A DNA stretch of 63,974 nt, filler included, from Candidatus Methanoxibalbensis ujae (GTDB taxonomy: Archaea; Halobacteriota; Syntropharchaeia; Alkanophagales; Methanospirareceae): assembly GCA_026134085.1 (NCBI GenBank). It is 10 parts of 10 records of this genome, joined end to end, with 100 filler letters (N's around TTAATTAATTAA, not from the genome) between each part and the next. Parts side by side here need not be neighbours in the genome. Positions count along the whole stretch, not along the records: positions 59,072 to 63,974 come from JAOQIN010000075.1; 9 more parts are not named here. The stretch is one strand, 5' to 3'. Shown in pieces: positions 60,273 to 63,974 of this stretch; the stretch's first letter is position 1, and each line of letters starts with the position of its first letter. Below the pieces are notes generated by a model. It saw only the letters and a program-made list of their open reading frames with translations. It did not search any database and had not been told where the DNA came from. The translations under genes were made by a program, and so were the position numbers.

Positions 60273-61763
60273 TCACCTCCTCCCGTACTTCCTGAACATA
60301 TACCACAAGCTGAGAATCACCAAAACGAGAATCACCGCGCCATATATTGCGATATTGGACTGCTCTTTAACCTCAACCCAGAACTCGTCCTCCTTCTCTG
60401 TCTGGTCGCTCTTAACCTTCACGCTCAACTTATAATCACTCGCAACGATGTCTGCAGGCGGCACTGCCTTTATCGTGAATGTTCTTCTGTCCCCTGGTTT
60501 AAGACTTGCCACAGACTTCGGCGTAACATCAGCACTCCATCCCTCAGGAGCGCTGACTTCAAGGCTGATATTCGTAAGTGAACCACCGCTACCCCTGTTT
60601 GAAACACTGACATCAAACGATACCGTATCTCCTTTGTTCACCTCGTATCTGTATCTGCTGGAATACACATACATATCATAACTGCCACGCAGCTTTAACG
60701 TCAGATTTTGTTCATACTGCTTCATGGATGACTCAGACTCAATGACGCTCGTGAAGTTATATTCTCCAATTTCAACGTTATAAGGCGGAACGAACTCTAA
60801 ATACAGCGTCTTTGCATCACCCGCCTTTATAAATATCTCCGATATCTCCTCCGTTCCCGCAGCACTCTCTTTATATCTTGCATACCACTTATCCGGCAGC
60901 CCTTGAACAATTAATCTATATGTATCATCACATTTCCCTACATTTTTTATCTCGAACTCGTATACTGGATTCTTCCCAACCATAACCGTCTTTGATGGCG
61001 ACTTTACCGAGACATCAGCAAAGAACAGCTCTTTTTCCAGCGGTATGATGCCGAGGTCGGTGGTGCTTCCGATTCCTATCTTCACATTTTTTTCCTCCTC
61101 GCTTTTGTAGCCCGCCTTCTCTATCACAACTTTGTAAGTACCCTCTGGCAATTCTATGCTGACTTCACCCTCCGCGGTCGTCATCATCTGGCCCACCAGT
61201 GTACCGCCGCTCTTATACACGCTCACAGTCGCACCTTTGACCTTTTCTCCATCCTTATCAACGACTGTAAGCACAAGCGTGCCTTTCTCGCCTTTATGCG
61301 TCTTCGTTATCTTCACATAAAGCGTGATGTGCCCATCGCCAATATCCACGTGTATCGGATATTCCCCCACTTCTGCATCGCCAGGTGTCTCCACCTCGAA
61401 TGTTACTGTCCTGGTGCCACCTGTGGGAAGCATTACCTTATACACCTCCTTATCACCGTCCTTGAATTTCATATCCCACTTCTTCGCTTCCCTGTATGCC
61501 CACCATCGCAAACTGTAAGTGGCGGTATCACCATGATTCACGAGCGTCAGCTCAAATGTGGCGGTATCGCCTGCTTCTATCTTCTGAGCCGGGAAATCGC
61601 ATTTTATCTCCACTCTCTTCTCCGCAACCCCCACCTGCGCTGTCGTGGAAGAAAGAAAAAGGAGTGGAAGAAACAAAAAAAGAATAAAGATAGGCACCAA
61701 TTTCCTCGTTTTCATTTTCATTTTTTCATTTTTTTTACTCTGCATTTTGCACTTTTTCTCCAT
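60273..61763 (-). CDS. NEW3-domain (COG1470-like) membrane-anchored protein
   Basis: Signal peptide, repeated Ig-like modules, carboxypeptidase-regulatory-like domain, APEGWSADVTP, C-terminal TM plus FRKYGRR. Confidence 0.85.
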   Translation of the reverse strand: MEKKCKMQSKKNEKMKMKTRKLVPIFILFLFLPLLFLSSTTAQVGVAEKRVEIKCDFPAQKIEAGDTATFELTLVNHGDTATYSLRWWAYREAKKWDMKFKDGDKEVYKVMLPTGGTRTVTFEVETPGDAEVGEYPIHVDIGDGHITLYVKITKTHKGEKGTLVLTVVDKDGEKVKGATVSVYKSGGTLVGQMMTTAEGEVSIELPEGTYKVVIEKAGYKSEEEKNVKIGIGSTTDLGIIPLEKELFFADVSVKSPSKTVMVGKNPVYEFEIKNVGKCDDTYRLIVQGLPDKWYARYKESAAGTEEISEIFIKAGDAKTLYLEFVPPYNVEIGEYNFTSVIESESSMKQYEQNLTLKLRGSYDMYVYSSRYRYEVNKGDTVSFDVSVSNRGSGGSLTNISLEVSAPEGWSADVTPKSVASLKPGDRRTFTIKAVPPADIVASDYKLSVKVKSDQTEKEDEFWVEVKEQSNIAIYGAVILVLVILSLWYMFRKYGRR

Positions 61764-61765
61764 TT

Positions 61766-62854
61766 TTACCGAATATCCATCCTCATGAACTTTACGTATG
61801 CGATGGCAAAGAACACGAGCGGGAAGATTATAAGTGCCAAGATGTTCTTCCAGACAATTTCCAGTGCCTCTCGTAGGCTCTTTTCTTCACCCGCAGTATG
61901 AGAGGGCCCATAAAAAACACCGTACCTGAGACCTTCAAAATGTGGATTGAGTATCGCTTCCGTGACCGCCTGAAAATTGTAATTTGGCATGACGACACTG
62001 ATGGCATCATGTATTGCGCCTCGCTTCTCCCAGTATGCCCTTGATTCCTCCTCGTATCGCTTCCATTCCTCTTCTATTGTTTCCTTTACAGGGATTTCCG
62101 TTGACTCATTTTCACCCGCACTCGCGGACTCATAAATAGCATGACGCACACCAGGAAATTCAGGTGGCTCTCCAACCACGCTTTCCACGACCGCATTTTC
62201 AAATGTCGGTATGAAGAACGAGAGCGCAAAGAGAATGATAAGTGCGTAAATGAGCGAGCTGCCGCTATCTCTTGAAACCGTGGAAGTCATAAGCGCAATC
62301 GAGAAATAAGAGAGAAGGAACAGGACCGAAACAACTCCAAACAATGTGATCCTTGTGAACTCATTGAGGTCAGGCACGATGCTGAATATGAGCAGCATTG
62401 CAAACGAAATGATAAGAGCGATGCCTATTGCGAACACAAGTGCTAAAATACCCCCGAGCGCTTTACCGTTGATTATCTCATCCCTGAATATCGGATGTGA
62501 CAGCAGCGATTTTAATGAACGACTCTCCTTCTCTTTCGATATCAAATCGAATCCCATCGCGATCGCAAGTATCCCGCCAAGCATCGTTATCTGCCAGCTC
62601 ATTCTTCGAAATATGAGCAATATCGAAGGCTTTTCTGGCATCCACTTTACAGGACCCTCCGGACCTTCCACTTCCCTGATATGCGACATTTGCTCCTTGT
62701 AATCCTCCAGATTCTTGTTATAGTCGTCTATGCCCTGATGCACGGCAATCGCTGAGATAATGAGGAACAGAGCAAGAATAATAATAAATTTCCTGCTCGT
62801 CAGGTGGTCAATGAACTCCTTCCTCGCTATGTTAAACAATCCTTTTGCTTCCAT
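61766..62854 (-). CDS. ABC-2 type transporter permease
   Basis: IARKEF, GFDLISKEKESRSLKSLLSHPIFRDEIINGK, about six TM segments, FMRMDIR. Confidence 0.9.
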   Translation of the reverse strand: MEAKGLFNIARKEFIDHLTSRKFIIILALFLIISAIAVHQGIDDYNKNLEDYKEQMSHIREVEGPEGPVKWMPEKPSILLIFRRMSWQITMLGGILAIAMGFDLISKEKESRSLKSLLSHPIFRDEIINGKALGGILALVFAIGIALIISFAMLLIFSIVPDLNEFTRITLFGVVSVLFLLSYFSIALMTSTVSRDSGSSLIYALIILFALSFFIPTFENAVVESVVGEPPEFPGVRHAIYESASAGENESTEIPVKETIEEEWKRYEEESRAYWEKRGAIHDAISVVMPNYNFQAVTEAILNPHFEGLRYGVFYGPSHTAGEEKSLREALEIVWKNILALIIFPLVFFAIAYVKFMRMDIR

Positions 62855-62863
62855 CTTTTTCTT

Positions 62864-63778
62864 TCACCCCTGGTAAACGGACAAAAATATGTCTTCAAGC
62901 GTTGGCTCTTCCACCCTCATCTCTTTTATCCTTACTCCATTCTCAAATAATCTGGACGATATGTAATCCCGTATATCCGATTTGGCCTCAATAATCACCT
63001 TTCTTTTGTTTTCGTTGTATTCCGCACTTATTATATCCTCATGTTCAATCTCAGGTAAAGGCTCCACCGTCTCCACGATGATTCTCAAATTCTCAGTGAG
63101 ATGCCTGAGTTCCTTTTTCAGTTCTTCAAACGTTCCATATGCTATTAATTTCCCCTTTGAGATGATACCGATAGTCTTACAGACTCTGCTCACTTCCGAC
63201 AATATGTGCGAAGAGATAAAGATTGTCTTTCCCTCATCAGATAACTGCTTTACCAGCTCACGATACTGAAAAACGCCTTCGGGGTCGAGATTTGCAGTCG
63301 GCTCGTCTAAGAACAGCACCTCCGGGTCGTTCAGCAATGCCTGTGCGAGTCCAAGCCGCTGATTCATTCCCCTTGAATATCCGCCCACTTTCTGGCTTAC
63401 GCCAGCCAGCTGCACCAGCTCAAGTAACTCCTCTATTCTCTTCTTCCTCTCCCGTGCATCCATCGCATAGAATCGAGCGAAGTAATCGAGGTTCTGCTCC
63501 GCGGTCATATTGCCGTAGAATCCAACATCCTCCGGCAGGTATCCAATGATCTTCTTTATCTCAAGCGGATTCCTTGCCACCTCGATGTCATTTATGAAGC
63601 ACTTGCCTTCAGTGGGTTCGATCATCCCCACGAGCATCAGTATTGTCGTGCTCTTCCCCGCTCCGTTCGGACCTAAAAAGCCGAATATGTCGCCCTCCGC
63701 TATCTCCAAATTCAGGCCATCCACTGCCTTATTTCCATTATACACCTTTGTCAGGTTTTCCGTTTTTATCTTTATCAT
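62864..63778 (-). CDS. ABC transporter ATP-binding protein
   Basis: GPNGAGKST, YSRGMNQR, LFLDEPT, SSH, PTLEDIF. Confidence 0.95.
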   Translation of the reverse strand: MIKIKTENLTKVYNGNKAVDGLNLEIAEGDIFGFLGPNGAGKSTTILMLVGMIEPTEGKCFINDIEVARNPLEIKKIIGYLPEDVGFYGNMTAEQNLDYFARFYAMDARERKKRIEELLELVQLAGVSQKVGGYSRGMNQRLGLAQALLNDPEVLFLDEPTANLDPEGVFQYRELVKQLSDEGKTIFISSHILSEVSRVCKTIGIISKGKLIAYGTFEELKKELRHLTENLRIIVETVEPLPEIEHEDIISAEYNENKRKVIIEAKSDIRDYISSRLFENGVRIKEMRVEEPTLEDIFLSVYQG

Positions 63779-63863
63779 TTTATCACCTTTGCCTTTGTCT
63801 ATCCTCCCTTGCTTCTTCGCTATATAGCGCCTATAGCGCCCTTCTCAGCGCTCATGAGTATTT

Positions 63864-63941
63864 CCGCTGGAACAGCATATAACAGTGAGGTGGAACGGGC
63901 GTTCCAGAAAATGGAACAGGTGTTCCGGAAAATGAAACAAG
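63864..63941. promoter_or_regulatory. module of tandem TGGAAC-N4-GTTCC palindromes upstream of the ABC operon (copy 2)
   Basis: GGAA-cgggcg-TTCC (63892-63905) and GGAA-caggtg-TTCC (63913-63926), 21 bp apart; CATATAAC at 63876-63883. Confidence 0.6.
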
Positions 63942-63974
63942 TAAAGAACAAGAGAGAAAGCTTTTTGATTGGCA

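Noticed and set aside
59072..63941. Terminal direct repeats as evidence of a 4.8-kb circular plasmid
   Set aside because: The two copies differ at several positions and no replication or integration gene is present
1..63974. tRNA, rRNA, SRP RNA, RNase P RNA, cas genes, integron integrase, selenocysteine or pyrrolysine recoding
   Set aside because: None recognised by eye; a tRNAscan-SE, Infernal and HMM run would be needed to exclude them formally

Overview
The window is not contiguous DNA. It is ten short contigs in descending size order, joined by 100-nt N/TTAATTAATTAA/N linkers at 7713-7812, 14745-14844, 21714-21813, 28555-28654, 34748-34847, 40885-40984, 46987-47086, 52990-53089 and 58972-59071, so gene context is meaningful only within a contig. 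Gene content (mfnB, cofD, HdrA/HdrD-like, methanogen-type SerRS, DUF2124, aIF2-gamma, Cdc48) points to a methanogen- or alkanotroph-related euryarchaeon; an ANME-1/Alkanophagales/Syntrophoarchaeum-like lineage is an inference. Main non-routine observations: (1) an AT-rich contig with six attC-like palindromic sites separating same-strand gene cassettes, i.e. an archaeal integron cassette array with no integrase in view; (2) a complete RsbR-S-T-X stressosome operon whose output protein is an RsbU-N-like domain fused to a histidine kinase; (3) a radical SAM enzyme fused to a C-terminal Gly-Gly ubiquitin-like sulfur carrier, next to moeA; (4) a 15-repeat CRISPR array in which two spacers hit opposite strands of synonymous variants of one coding sequence; (5) Cdc48 with a Ser-initiated intein; (6) a duplicated module of GGAA-N6-TTCC palindromes; (7) pervasive 10-19 nt tandem duplications at gene boundaries; plus several decayed IS6, IS982 and IS200/IS605 (TnpB) elements. 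All family assignments come from motif recognition by eye; no searches were run.
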